Counted from the first letter of the stretch, positions 8,516-19,669 are shown. The stretch is 64,000 nucleotides of DNA from an uncultured Muribaculaceae bacterium (GCA_910584055.1 CAJTZS010000002.1:12343-76342), one strand, 5' to 3'. Notes: generated by a model from the sequence alone, not told the origin. Program-made: numbers and translations.

Positions 8516-10516
8516 ATGATGAAATTCAATCTCAATAAACATACGAACAGACAGAACGCCTTTATACAAGTGCTTCTGTTCGCGGCAGTGACAATCGTCG
8601 CGGCTGCATGCGCCAATATCGGCAATCCGTCTGGGGGAGCCAGGGATGAGGACCCTCCTCTCTTCGTGAGCGCAAACCCTCCGCAAGGCGCCTTGAACGT
8701 TGACAGAACCAGAATAAACATCACTTTCAACGAACTTGTGAACGTGAAGGATGCTTTTACAAAAGTGGTGGTGTCTCCCCCTTCGCGCCAGGTGCCGAAA
8801 GTCTCTTCCGTAGGCAAGCGCGTCACCGTATCCTTCGATTCTCTGACCCCGAACACCACCTACACAATCGATTTCGCGGATGCCATCGAAGACAACAACG
8901 AGGCGAACAAGCTGCAGGGCTTCGCCTACACTTTCTCAACAGGCCCGACTCTTGATTCCCTGCGCATCTCGGGCATGGTGCTCGACTCGCGCAACCTTGA
9001 GCCAAGGCAGGGAATCCTCGTGGGAGTTCATGACAACCTCAATGACTCGGCATTCGTGAAAACACCCCTGCTGCGCGTGGCAAAGACCGACGACAAGGGG
9101 CAATTCACAATCAGGGGCCTGAAAGAGGGCACGTACCGCGTCTTCGCCCTCGAAGATAAGGACAACGATTACAAATACGCGAATCCGGAAGAGGATATGG
9201 CATTTTATGAAGTGACAGTCTCTCCAACCTCTGAAAGTGTGGAAGTGACCGACACTGTATATAATGATCTTGGAGAAGTTGACACAACGACCAACCGCCT
9301 GCGCACCCGTTTTCTCCCCAACGACATCCTGCTGCGCACGTTCAATTCACAGATCCGCCCACAGTATCTCTCAAAATACGAGCGCATCGACACGACACGT
9401 GTTTTCATGAAGCTTAACACCCGCACCAAGGATCTCCCTTTGCTTAAAATCTTGAATCCGGAGGGAGAGAGCTTGAAGGATGCGGTGATTGAACGCAACC
9501 TTACAAACGACTCTCTTGTCTACTGGCTTCCGGAGCGGCTGGTACACACGGATTCCCTGCGTATAGCGGCAACGTACCTGCGCACGGACTCCACGGGCAA
9601 CCTTTCTGAAACCACCGATTCTCTCCGGTTCTATTTTAACCGGCCGAAACCTAAGAAAGCAAAGAAAAAGGATAAAGACAAGGAGAAGAAGATTTCAGTG
9701 GAAGACTCTATAAAGGCTATCACGCTCGACGTGGCGTTCAAGTCTTCCCAACAGGAAGTGAACTTGCCGGTGGAATTCGAATTCGCCACTCCCCTTGCGC
9801 GGCTCGACACATCGGCGTTCAGGCTCGAAACACTCGTGGATTCTACCTGGAAACCGGTTAAAGGGAATTTCATTTTATCTCAACGCGACAGTGTGTCGCC
9901 ACGCAACTTCAAGGTTGAATACCCCTGGGCTTACGACACGAAATACCGTCTCGTTGCCGACACATTGGCTGCCGTCGGCATATACGGCAAACCTACAAGA
10001 CCTATTTCCCAGGAGTTCACCACAAAAAAGGAGGAGGATTATTGCTCCCTGACATTCAATCTGTCAGGACTGGATCCGGACATACCTACATTCGTCGAGC
10101 TGCTTTCGGGAAGCGATGCGGTGGTACGCAGTGAGCCGGTGAGCAACAACACCGTTACCTTCCGCTACCTCGCCCCGGGGAAGTATTATGCGAGGATTAT
10201 TGAGGATTTCAACGGCAACGGGGAATATGACACCGGCAACTACGACCTGCAGCTACAGCCGGACCTTGCATATTATTATCCCAAAGTCATAAATATAAAG
10301 AAGAACTGGGACAAGGACGAACAATGGGATGTCTTCGCCGTCGCCATCGACAAGATGAAACCGGATGCGGTAAAGAAAAACAAACCTGAGCAAGACAAGC
10401 GCAAGCGCAACGAAAACAACGACGAATACAACGAAGAGGAAGAAGAACCTTTCGACCCTACGGCCAACCCCTTCGACCCGAACCGCAACACCCGCCGCAA
10501 AACCGGCGCCTACTGA
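8516..10516 (+). CDS. Ig-like (Big_5) domain-containing lipoprotein
   Basis: Lipobox VAAAC-ANIGNPSGGARDEDPP; LTPNTTYTIDFADAIEDNNE, a conserved Bacteroidales family signature. Confidence 0.8.
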   Translation: MMKFNLNKHTNRQNAFIQVLLFAAVTIVAAACANIGNPSGGARDEDPPLFVSANPPQGALNVDRTRINITFNELVNVKDAFTKVVVSPPSRQVPKVSSVGKRVTVSFDSLTPNTTYTIDFADAIEDNNEANKLQGFAYTFSTGPTLDSLRISGMVLDSRNLEPRQGILVGVHDNLNDSAFVKTPLLRVAKTDDKGQFTIRGLKEGTYRVFALEDKDNDYKYANPEEDMAFYEVTVSPTSESVEVTDTVYNDLGEVDTTTNRLRTRFLPNDILLRTFNSQIRPQYLSKYERIDTTRVFMKLNTRTKDLPLLKILNPEGESLKDAVIERNLTNDSLVYWLPERLVHTDSLRIAATYLRTDSTGNLSETTDSLRFYFNRPKPKKAKKKDKDKEKKISVEDSIKAITLDVAFKSSQQEVNLPVEFEFATPLARLDTSAFRLETLVDSTWKPVKGNFILSQRDSVSPRNFKVEYPWAYDTKYRLVADTLAAVGIYGKPTRPISQEFTTKKEEDYCSLTFNLSGLDPDIPTFVELLSGSDAVVRSEPVSNNTVTFRYLAPGKYYARIIEDFNGNGEYDTGNYDLQLQPDLAYYYPKVINIKKNWDKDEQWDVFAVAIDKMKPDAVKKNKPEQDKRKRNENNDEYNEEEEEPFDPTANPFDPNRNTRRKTGAY

Positions 10517-10519
10517 TCT

Positions 10520-11916
10520 CTAAAGCCCGTCAGTTGCGAACGGTGCTACAGGCAGGCTGTTGGCTCCGTAAAGATTGCCACCGGGGTAGTCTGCCCAGCT
10601 GTAACGGACGGCTACCGGCTTGTCTATAAGCTGTGACGACAGCCGGATACTCCGGTCATCAATCATCGTGGCATTCGCCGATGCCCATATACCTTTTTCG
10701 TCACCGATTATGAAGCCCGTGGCAACTCCGCCCACAGCCTTGACCGGGGCGTCAAATGTCAGAGTAATACCTTTCCCGTCATTGTCAACATTCGTACAAA
10801 CGGGGGCTTCGCATGTCTGCTTTCTGCCATAACTTCTGTCAAGGGCAAGGATACCCAACCTTCGCGCCACTTCCGCCTTGTTTGTAGGATGTATGTCAAC
10901 AGGATTACCTAAATCAACAGCCGTGACCATGCCTGTGTTAGGGAGTTCGAGAGCCTTTGCCTGGGCATCCCGCAGCCGCGCCCATTCCGATTCCGGCTGA
11001 ACCACAACCGGCTGAAGGAATCCTGCAAGCTGTACAAAATAGAATGGCATTTCAGGAGCATCGAAAGCCTTTCGCCAACCCTCTATCATTTTCTTGAAAC
11101 ATATCTCATATTGCTCCGCACGACCCACATTCTGACAACCCTGATACCATATGACACCGGCAAGCGGCATTGTCGTCAACGGATTGATCATGGCGTTGTA
11201 CAATACCGTAGGATGGTTATTTGATTCCGGCTCCTCATACAGCATCCCGGTTTTGGAGACGTCCTTTAGCGACTTGCGTGGTGTCCACGCCTCGACGGCA
11301 GTTCCTCCCCATGTGGCATCGATCACCCCTACAGGCACGTTCAAGGAATCCTGCAACATCCTGCCGTAAAGATAACCTATCGCTGAAAACGATTCGGCTG
11401 CGGGAGATGATTCTACCCAGCCATATTCCACGTCCGCGTCATCAAGGGGTGTTAGCGATGCCGTGTTCCTTATCTGTAGCAGCCGCAATGCGGGACGCTG
11501 CATGGTGGCAACCACCTCGTCGGCATCCGGAAGCCGTCCCCAGCTTCCGCGGATGGGGAATTCCATGTTCGACTGCCCCGAGCAGAGCCACACTTCTCCT
11601 ATAAGCACGTTCTGCAGAGTTTTCTCGCCATTGCCGTCATTCAATACAATCGAGTAGGGCCCCCATAATCCGGAGTTTCAAGTTCCAGAGAAAACTTCCC
11701 ATTCCTGTCAGCCTTTCCCGACACAGGGGCAGCGAGCCAATCAGCCCTCATTGTCACCTGTGCCCCGGGAGCAGCAGTCCCCGGAACAGTCACTGTAGAA
11801 TTGCGCTGAAGCACCATGTTGTCGGTATATATCCCCGGTAACACAATCTCAGCCTGCATACTTATCGAACACGCAGCCACACCGAGCAGCAGATGCTTTA
11901 ACTTAATGTCAATCAT
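10520..11916 (-). pseudogene. Sialate O-acetylesterase-family (SGNH) carbohydrate esterase, split by a 1-bp frameshift
   Basis: 5' part (signal peptide, DNMVLQR...TPDYGGP) and 3' part (GEVWLCSGQSNME, WYQG, DIHPTNK) join into ...DYGGPYSIVLNDG... if one base is restored in the GGGGGCCC run at 11657-11664. Confidence 0.85.
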
Positions 11917-11996
11917 ATTTTAGAAGTTGTTTAGGAATTAATCTTATATAGCAAGTCGTCAACCTACGAGCCTACGGGAAAGACATAGTTCTTCTT

Positions 11997-14252
11997 TTAT
12001 TTTGCTGTGAATGTGAGTGTTTGAAGATTCTCGCTGTCAGGTCCGACCATCACCTGGAATTCTCCGGGATCGTAGTCATACTTAAGGTCTGCGTTGTAGT
12101 ATTTCAACTTGTCAGCATTGATGGTGAATTCGACCCGCCTTGTCTCCCCTTTCGGTATCAATACCCTCCTGAAATCCTTCAATTCCTTTACAGGACGAGC
12201 TATCTGAGCTACCGGATCACGGAGATACATCTGCACGATCTCCACTCCGTCATATTCTCCGGTGTTCCTGACGTCCACGCTCAGTGTAACAAAGCCGTCC
12301 TTCTCGAGAGTTGTCGAGCTAAGTTCCGGTTTCCCGTATTCGAATTTCGTATAGCTCAATCCGTAGCCGAACGGATACAGCGGTTCATTCGTGCAGTCGA
12401 TATAATTGCTGCAATACCTATTAAATATGGCATTGTCCGGATCCGGATGACTTGGGATCAGATGGTTATAGTAAAGTGGAATTTGCCCTACATTTCTGGG
12501 GAAAGTCGCAGTCAGTTTCCCCTCGGGGCATTTCTCCCCAAACACGACATCCGCTATGGCATCCCCGGCTTCGCTTCCTGGAAACCACACGTTCAGAATC
12601 GCCATTATATTCTCAGCTTCCCAATCGAGGACAAGGGGACGACCCGTAAACAGAATCAAAACTATGGGCTTTCCCGTATCTGCTAATTTTTTCAACAACT
12701 CGCGCTGTGCGTCCGGAATAGTAATATCCACTCTGGAAGCGGATTCACCGCTCATTTCCGCCGCCTCGCCCATCACCGCAACGATGACATCCGAACTTTC
12801 GGCAACCGAGATAGCCTCCGAAAGCAGCCGGGCCTCGTCTTTGTCATATGGAACCGGCTTTATCCCCGTTGCATTTCGCTGCGTGACCTCATTATGATAT
12901 ATATTGGATCCCCTGGCGTAGAGTATATCTGCCTTATCTCCCGCCGCACGCCTGAATGCATCAAGGACCGTCACATGCTTTCCAGCCCAGGCCCAGCACC
13001 CTGACATATTATTTTCCACATCCGCAAGGGGACCGATAACCGCAATCCGTCCTTTCTTTTTCAAGGGAAGCAGATTGTTGTCATTCTTCAACAGTACAAA
13101 AGTCTGGGCTGCAATGTCTCTCGCTTCATTCCTGTGTGGTTCTGTAAACAACTCTGTCTCCGCTCGCTTATTGTCACAATATTTATATGGGTCATCGAAA
13201 AGACCGAGCTTTCTCTTTGCCTCAAGTACGCGCCGACATGCCCTGTCTATCATATCCATTGAAATTTTTCCGGCAGCCAGGGATTGCTTGAGATATTTCA
13301 CATACATTCCCGACACCATATCCATATCAATTTCAGCTACAATAGATTTCACAGCCGCATCTTCCATTGAGGATGTTCCCATTGATGCTATTTCCGGCAT
13401 AGAATTATAATCCGTAACCACGAGTCCCTTAAAATTCCAACGGTCACGAAGCATTCCCTGCGTCAGCCATCCGGCAGCTGTTGAATGCTGCCCGTTAATG
13501 AGATTGAATGAAGTCATAAGGCTCTCGCATCCTGCATCCACAGCCGCTTCATAAGGAGGTAGATAATAATTGAACATTCTTTCCTTGCTCATATCGACAG
13601 TGTTGTAATCCCTGCCTCCTTCAGCAGCTCCATAGAGCGCGAAGTGCTTGACACAAGCCATCAAGGTCGAGTCCGATCCCAGATTGTCTCCCTGATATCC
13701 CTCCACATACGCCTTTGCGAACATACAGCCGAGATACGGATCCTCTCCGGACCCTTCCGCTATGCGTCCCCAGCGGGGATCGCGACAAATATCCACCATC
13801 GGGCTGAAATTCCAGTTGATACCATCTGCCGTGGCCTCAATCGCCGATATTCTCGCCATTCTCCTGACAGCGTCCGGATTCCATGAACATGAAAGAGCCA
13901 GCGGAATCGGGAAAATTGTCCTGTAGCCGTGAATCACGTCAGCTCCTACAAGCAAGGGGATGCCATGCGGACCGTTCTCCACTGCAAACTTCTGCAATTT
14001 TTTTATCTTTTCAACTCCGCTGACATTAAAGAATCCCCCTAAACTGCCGGTAGATATTAGCTTCTCAAAATCGCTTCCTTCTGTCAATCCCGTCTGTATA
14101 TCACTGCCTACAGGGAGATTAAGCTGACCGATTTTCTCATCAACCGACATTATTGACATGAGGCTGTCGATATAACCGGAATCCTTGTTGACAACGGCAC
14201 AGACCGGGAATGCGGCCAGGCACAATATGGGGATTATAAACCTCCGTATCAT
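11997..14252 (-). CDS. GH3 beta-glucosidase (BglX-like, periplasmic)
   Basis: EKIGQL, DVIHG, RDPRWGR, KHFA, VVTDY nucleophile, SGES, YPFGYGLSYT motifs. Confidence 0.93.
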   Translation of the reverse strand: MIRRFIIPILCLAAFPVCAVVNKDSGYIDSLMSIMSVDEKIGQLNLPVGSDIQTGLTEGSDFEKLISTGSLGGFFNVSGVEKIKKLQKFAVENGPHGIPLLVGADVIHGYRTIFPIPLALSCSWNPDAVRRMARISAIEATADGINWNFSPMVDICRDPRWGRIAEGSGEDPYLGCMFAKAYVEGYQGDNLGSDSTLMACVKHFALYGAAEGGRDYNTVDMSKERMFNYYLPPYEAAVDAGCESLMTSFNLINGQHSTAAGWLTQGMLRDRWNFKGLVVTDYNSMPEIASMGTSSMEDAAVKSIVAEIDMDMVSGMYVKYLKQSLAAGKISMDMIDRACRRVLEAKRKLGLFDDPYKYCDNKRAETELFTEPHRNEARDIAAQTFVLLKNDNNLLPLKKKGRIAVIGPLADVENNMSGCWAWAGKHVTVLDAFRRAAGDKADILYARGSNIYHNEVTQRNATGIKPVPYDKDEARLLSEAISVAESSDVIVAVMGEAAEMSGESASRVDITIPDAQRELLKKLADTGKPIVLILFTGRPLVLDWEAENIMAILNVWFPGSEAGDAIADVVFGEKCPEGKLTATFPRNVGQIPLYYNHLIPSHPDPDNAIFNRYCSNYIDCTNEPLYPFGYGLSYTKFEYGKPELSSTTLEKDGFVTLSVDVRNTGEYDGVEIVQMYLRDPVAQIARPVKELKDFRRVLIPKGETRRVEFTINADKLKYYNADLKYDYDPGEFQVMVGPDSENLQTLTFTAK

Positions 14253-16045
14253 CTCTGTGAAAATTTAGTTATTAATTCTTTATTCGCCTTAGCTATGCGC
14301 TCCTGATCCACTTTAAGCACTTTACGGTCATATGTCATAAGGCCGTTAACCTCGATCTCCACATCCGTTGTCTGTGTATAGACCGCTCCCGTATAGGCAA
14401 TATCCGCGAGATTATTCAATATGTCGATATATTTAAGGTATTCATCCGTTACATCAGCCGCCGACTTGAACTGAATATAGCCCCAGTTGCGTTCGGGCGC
14501 CCATAGATGATCTTGCACTGCATACCCTATACCGCCATATTCCCCTATCACATTGGCCTTGCTTCTGTCGAGCATATATATCTTTGGTTCCGGATAATTA
14601 TGGACATCCATGATATCGCCACAATCTGCGAAAAAATTCCCTCCGCTCGCCGAGTTAACCAGCCGTGACGGATCATAACGTTTGGTCCACTCCGCGATCT
14701 CTACGGTGTTATATTGCCCCCAGCCCTCATTGAACGGCACCCACACCGCAATGCATGGATAATTGCGCAACGCATCGATGATTTCACGCCATTCTTTTCT
14801 GTATGTCCTGTCACTGACCTCCGACCTTTTGAATTCTTCTCCTCTATGGAAATTATAATTCTGCCAGTGATAGTTGCAGACATCCCCGCTCGGCATATCC
14901 TGCCAAACCAATATTCCATTCCGGTCGCAATATTCATACCATAGTGCGGGTTCCACTTTGATATGTTTACGAATCATGTTGAATCCCAGATCTTTTGTCT
15001 TTTCTATATCATAGACCATTGCCTCATAAGTCGGGGCCGTATACAGTCCGTCGGGCCACCACCCCTGGTCAAGAGGCCCGAAATGGAAAATATCCTTATC
15101 ATTGAGCGTGAACCTGACCATCCCTTTCTCATCCGGGCGCATCCCTATCTTGCGCATCGCCGCGTAGCTGTCTATCCGGTCCACAACCTTGCCATTCTCC
15201 AGAAGGGATATTCTTAAATCATAGATATGGGGATTCTGCGTATCCCATAGCTTAACATTCTCAGGCATGAAGACGTCTATCTCCTGCGAAGGTTTCCCGC
15301 ACCCTGAAGCGACAGCCTTGCCATCGTCAAGAACATCTATTCTCACCAAACCGGAGCCGGCATCCGCCGAAACCGTAAACTTACGGGAGTCTACATCTGG
15401 GGTCACTATCAAAGACTTTATATGGTTCTTCGCCACAGGCTCAAGCCAAACTGTCTGCCATATACCCGTCACCGGGGTATACCATATAAGTTCCGGCTTG
15501 CGGAGCTGCTTCCCTCTCGGCTGCGTTCCCCCATCGGTCGGGTCATATACCTTCACAGTCAGATTATTCACACCGCTTTTAACAGCATCAGTTATATCGA
15601 ATGAAAATGGTGTATACCCGCCTTCATGCAATCCTATCAGCACATCGTTTACCCATACCGTCGCCTGCCAGTCGACGGCGCCGAAATTCAAAAGTATATT
15701 CTCCCCTCTCCAATTTTTAGGGATTGTAAACTCACGTTGATACCACAGGATGCTGTCTGCCCCTACACTGCGTTGCACTCCCGACAACCGGGATTCTACA
15801 GCAAACGGCACAAGTATCTTATCTTCGAATGATTTTGGCTTTTCTCTGTTTTTTGAAGTAATCGCATAATTCCATTCTCCATTAAGATTCATCCATTCGG
15901 TCCGTTTCATCTGAGGCCGAGGATAAACATCCCAAGGTTTATCATGTGACACTTTTGAAGTCCATTCCGTATCCATGTTGCCATTGGCCGCTGAAGACAG
16001 AAAATTTATAACAAAGACACAAATGAAAAGAAAACTTATCTTCAT
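14249..16045 (-). CDS. GH2 glycosidase (short ~600 aa type)
   Basis: YPRPQ, LNGEW, FGAVDW, HEGGY, GPLDQGWWPDG, FNEGWG (acid/base), GEYGG (nucleophile), YTQTTDVEIEVNG. Confidence 0.9.
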   Translation of the reverse strand: MKISFLFICVFVINFLSSAANGNMDTEWTSKVSHDKPWDVYPRPQMKRTEWMNLNGEWNYAITSKNREKPKSFEDKILVPFAVESRLSGVQRSVGADSILWYQREFTIPKNWRGENILLNFGAVDWQATVWVNDVLIGLHEGGYTPFSFDITDAVKSGVNNLTVKVYDPTDGGTQPRGKQLRKPELIWYTPVTGIWQTVWLEPVAKNHIKSLIVTPDVDSRKFTVSADAGSGLVRIDVLDDGKAVASGCGKPSQEIDVFMPENVKLWDTQNPHIYDLRISLLENGKVVDRIDSYAAMRKIGMRPDEKGMVRFTLNDKDIFHFGPLDQGWWPDGLYTAPTYEAMVYDIEKTKDLGFNMIRKHIKVEPALWYEYCDRNGILVWQDMPSGDVCNYHWQNYNFHRGEEFKRSEVSDRTYRKEWREIIDALRNYPCIAVWVPFNEGWGQYNTVEIAEWTKRYDPSRLVNSASGGNFFADCGDIMDVHNYPEPKIYMLDRSKANVIGEYGGIGYAVQDHLWAPERNWGYIQFKSAADVTDEYLKYIDILNNLADIAYTGAVYTQTTDVEIEVNGLMTYDRKVLKVDQERIAKANKELITKFSQR

Positions 16046-16062
16046 ATTATCTGGCTTATATC

Positions 16063-16109
16063 CAAGAGTGACTACTCAGTCCTTATGGGGAACTGAGTAG
16101 TCACTCTTG
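16063..16109. terminator. Intra-operon 18-bp stem-loop (attenuator or mRNA stabiliser)
   Basis: CAAGAGTGACTACTCAGT / ACTGAGTAGTCACTCTTG perfect inverted repeat without a strong U-tract. Confidence 0.6.
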
Positions 16110-16116
16110 AAATTAT

Positions 16117-17637
16117 TTAGTTTTTTAAACATTTAGAAGCGGTGCCATCACTATATTTGATGATGTATATTCCAGACGGCAACGAATCCTCATTATCGAC
16201 ACGAATACCCTGGATTGTAAAGATTCCGACTACCGAGCGGATGCCATCTTTCGCCACAGATTCCACACCGGACTGAACGTCGCCGATCTCTGACATTTTC
16301 ACGGGGGTGAAAGTGGCGGTGTTTTCATTCTTGTCAAATACTATATGATATGATCCCGGAGTGAACGTTCCGGGGCCGGATGTGTCGAAATTATATGTCC
16401 CCCCAATACCGTCAGCACCTTTTACAGTATATCCGGTCGCAGGAGACACAACGGTATCCCAATTGGCCTTCGCTTTATATCCTCTGAACATGAATCCATT
16501 TTTAAGGTATAGATTAGTCTCGAACACTCCGGGGGCAGTGTTGACACAACATACGTAATCCCTCGGTTTCTGCCATCCCCATCCGCTATTTTCATTTCCG
16601 TATGCTGAAAAATCCTCCGCAAAAGCACCCGATGTGGCGGGATGGGCAAAATTCGCGCCTGTGAGAAACAGAACATCCTCATCGAACGAGGTTTTATCAA
16701 TTCTCTCGACATATATAAGCTCCCGCTCGTTGGCATAGGAAATCCTGTAACGTCCGTCAGGGGCTGAAAACTCGTAACCCACACCTCGGTTTATAAAATA
16801 TTCGGGCTGCAGGAGATATCTGAGATGTCTGATATTTGCGAATTCAACCATTTCTCCCTTTTTCAGATTAAGTTCTGCCGAGTAATAGGAATGGCCTTCG
16901 ATTACTGACTTTTCCATCTTGACCCCATTGACGGAATATTCTTCAGCAGACGTTTCTTCGCCGGTAAGTTCTATTAGGCAGCATGTTCCCTTGGACACAT
17001 CAAATTCAAGTGTATATACTCCCGGAGTAAATTCCCATGCCGATATAAAATCGCCTGTCGGGTGTGAATTACCGGTATTTCCATCAATCCAGAAAGCCTT
17101 TTCTATTGAAGAAGCCGGATAAGGGGTAAAAATATTACTTCCAAATGACGCATCGCCATCCCAGCTCCTTCGGTTGAAAGATTTGAAATCGAATCCTTCG
17201 TCAAGCCGTAGTGTAACACGATACGCATTGTCCGACACACGGTTACACATAAATATTTTTGGCAGATCCATAGACCAGCCCTGCTGCACTTTATTTTTCG
17301 GATGACCGATGCCGGCTCCCGTTATCCAGATGGTTTCAGGGAATTTCATGTCCGGGTTGGCGATGTGAAGGACACCGTCTGCATAATATATGTTATAACT
17401 TCCATCAAGTCCGAGGAATGTCGCCGAGCCACTTCCTGTCACTGAGAAGAATTCAGGCTGGAGCATCTCCGCCGCACTTTTATCAAACCCGCTGAATGTA
17501 ACCTCTGATCCTTTGGTGAGCATTAGGTTCACTTGTTTTACATCATTGATGACCTGCAAGTCGGAACCATTGATTTTCTGGGCGTTGCAATTGAGTATAC
17601 TCAGCAATACCGTCATTACTGCAATAGATTTTTTCAT
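16117..17637 (-). CDS. Secreted two-repeat putative glycan-binding protein with T9SS-type C-terminal domain
   Basis: SPI signal (..NCNA-QK); two copies of the LQPE(F/Y)F...G.Y.I.Y...TGA...HP module; tail SGVESV...IFTIQGIRV...LPSGIYII...K. Confidence 0.7.
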   Translation of the reverse strand: MKKSIAVMTVLLSILNCNAQKINGSDLQVINDVKQVNLMLTKGSEVTFSGFDKSAAEMLQPEFFSVTGSGSATFLGLDGSYNIYYADGVLHIANPDMKFPETIWITGAGIGHPKNKVQQGWSMDLPKIFMCNRVSDNAYRVTLRLDEGFDFKSFNRRSWDGDASFGSNIFTPYPASSIEKAFWIDGNTGNSHPTGDFISAWEFTPGVYTLEFDVSKGTCCLIELTGEETSAEEYSVNGVKMEKSVIEGHSYYSAELNLKKGEMVEFANIRHLRYLLQPEYFINRGVGYEFSAPDGRYRISYANERELIYVERIDKTSFDEDVLFLTGANFAHPATSGAFAEDFSAYGNENSGWGWQKPRDYVCCVNTAPGVFETNLYLKNGFMFRGYKAKANWDTVVSPATGYTVKGADGIGGTYNFDTSGPGTFTPGSYHIVFDKNENTATFTPVKMSEIGDVQSGVESVAKDGIRSVVGIFTIQGIRVDNEDSLPSGIYIIKYSDGTASKCLKN

Positions 17638-17662
17638 AATTAGTTGTCTATGGTATTATTTT

Positions 17663-19669
17663 TTATTTTAATGATATCTTTATAGCCGACACCGTTTTAG
17701 CATTGGTGTCAACGATCACGCGATAAGTTCCCGGCGTAAAGTTCACACCTGAACTGAAATTTATATCCGACGGATTGAAAATACCGTTGCAGGCATCGAG
17801 ATTATATGAATTAGCCTGCACGACGTCAGTCCATGAACCTTTGTCGGAATAGAAACGGAACATAAATCCGGGGTTCAGGCGCAACGTCGTCTCATATATC
17901 CCATTGCCTTTTGAAACGCATGCTATATAATCTTTCGGATCATCCCATCCCCATTCTCCGTTGACTTTGCCTGCATACTCATTTGAGAACGCTCCGGTAC
18001 CGGCGGGGTGAGAGAAGGCCCATCCCGTGATCCACAGGTGTGACGGATATTGCGTCTCTCTTGTCGGTTCCATGTATATCCTTTCCGTGACAGGATTATA
18101 AGAGAGTCGATAGTTACCCGACGGCGCTATGAATGTTATGTTCCCTTCTTCGTGGGAGAAATATTCAGGTTGCAGCCCATATTGCGGTTTCGGGAAACCT
18201 TTGAATTCCATTTGTTGTCCCTGTTCCAGATTTACACTCACATACTGCCATCCGCCTGTATTGTCCGAAAGGGTTGAACCATTTACGGATTTTGAAAGGT
18301 CGATATTATCGATGTCTACCGTACCTACAAGATATGATATCCGTCGAGTCAGATCGAACCGGATTGTATAGACTCCCGGCAAAAAATCTTTTCCGGGCCT
18401 GATATCCCCGTCACAGTGAGAAAATCCATTCGCGTCTTCAAAAAATGACTTCTCAAGAATACCTGACGAAACGGGTGTGAGGAGGTCACTGCCATAACCT
18501 GCATTCCAATCCCTTGCCTTGAACGACTTTATATCAAATCCGGCTTCAAGATAAATACGGGCTTCAAAAATATTGGGAGCGACACGACGGCATATATAAG
18601 AGTTACCCGGTTTGTTTATATCCCATGTATTCGAGCATGAAAAATTCAAGGCGGGATGTCCGAATCCTGTCCCGATAAGTATCAGGGCGGAAGGATAGGC
18701 CGCTGTCGGGTTGTAAACGTAGATCACGCGTTTTGAAATGTCATAACAGAGATAGTATTCGCCGGTGTCCCCTATAAATTCAGCATTACTGCCATTGAAA
18801 TTATCGAACCAGTCACTCTGCAGCATTCTCTCCACATCCGCAGGGAAGCCTTCGAATTCAACCGATCCGCCATTGGTCAGAACAATTTTTGCACTAATCA
18901 TGGACGGCACCTCGGGATTGGCGACAAACGGAATTCCATTTACGCTTACAGAAGGTATGGTAATATCAATATCCAACGGTTCGGCCGAGACCGTTCCTTG
19001 CTCTGTATCGACAGTGAACCGATATGTCCCTGCTGAGAAGAGGGCTCCCGGAACAAAATCGTTCGATCCGTTTTTATCGAGAATAAGAGGAGTGGCGATC
19101 TCCATGTTTCCGGCATGTATCTCGAAGCCCCAGCTGTGATATTTGAAAAATTTTATCGCCCCGGCTTCGCTTAAATAAACGGTAATCTGATATGTACCGT
19201 CATCTTGACGCGGACAGACAAGCATATCCTTCGCATTGTCAATTGTCCAGCCGTCTGTGGTTACAGAATGGGCACCGGGATGTCCCCATCCTGCACCGCA
19301 CATCCATATCGCATCGGGATGCGAACCCTCACGCTTGTCAACATAGATCATCCTGCTGTTGCTGTCATAGACAAAAGTATATGTTCCCGACGGCCCTGAG
19401 AATATATAATTTCCCTCTGCGTCTTTACTGAACCAGTCAGGCTGAAGTGCAAGGTCAAGCCGCTCGATTCCCGCGAAATTTATTTTCTCTCCTTTCGTTA
19501 CAGTCAACGTCTTGCCCGAAGCATGGTCATATGCCTCCTCGTCAAGTTCCATCCCGTTGACAGTGACCACCTGGGGATCGGGCCATTCCGGCCAGTTGCT
19601 CCATTCGCTGTTTTTATCTGCGCACGAACAAATCAGTGTCCCTAACGCAAAATATATGAACTTTCTCAT
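17663..19669 (-). CDS. Three-repeat surface lipoprotein, putative SusE/F-like glycan-binding protein (DUF5121/DUF5125-like)
   Basis: Lipoprotein signal (LICS-C); three ~200-aa repeats VNG...LQ(P/S)(D/E)(W/Y)F...G.Y...Y...IY..P...G..(W/F).HP; position downstream of susD. Confidence 0.75.
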   Translation of the reverse strand: MRKFIYFALGTLICSCADKNSEWSNWPEWPDPQVVTVNGMELDEEAYDHASGKTLTVTKGEKINFAGIERLDLALQPDWFSKDAEGNYIFSGPSGTYTFVYDSNSRMIYVDKREGSHPDAIWMCGAGWGHPGAHSVTTDGWTIDNAKDMLVCPRQDDGTYQITVYLSEAGAIKFFKYHSWGFEIHAGNMEIATPLILDKNGSNDFVPGALFSAGTYRFTVDTEQGTVSAEPLDIDITIPSVSVNGIPFVANPEVPSMISAKIVLTNGGSVEFEGFPADVERMLQSDWFDNFNGSNAEFIGDTGEYYLCYDISKRVIYVYNPTAAYPSALILIGTGFGHPALNFSCSNTWDINKPGNSYICRRVAPNIFEARIYLEAGFDIKSFKARDWNAGYGSDLLTPVSSGILEKSFFEDANGFSHCDGDIRPGKDFLPGVYTIRFDLTRRISYLVGTVDIDNIDLSKSVNGSTLSDNTGGWQYVSVNLEQGQQMEFKGFPKPQYGLQPEYFSHEEGNITFIAPSGNYRLSYNPVTERIYMEPTRETQYPSHLWITGWAFSHPAGTGAFSNEYAGKVNGEWGWDDPKDYIACVSKGNGIYETTLRLNPGFMFRFYSDKGSWTDVVQANSYNLDACNGIFNPSDINFSSGVNFTPGTYRVIVDTNAKTVSAIKISLK

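Noticed and set aside
10394..10516. AAC-rich tail as a possible DGR template or variable repeat
   Set aside because: No second copy and no reverse transcriptase in the window
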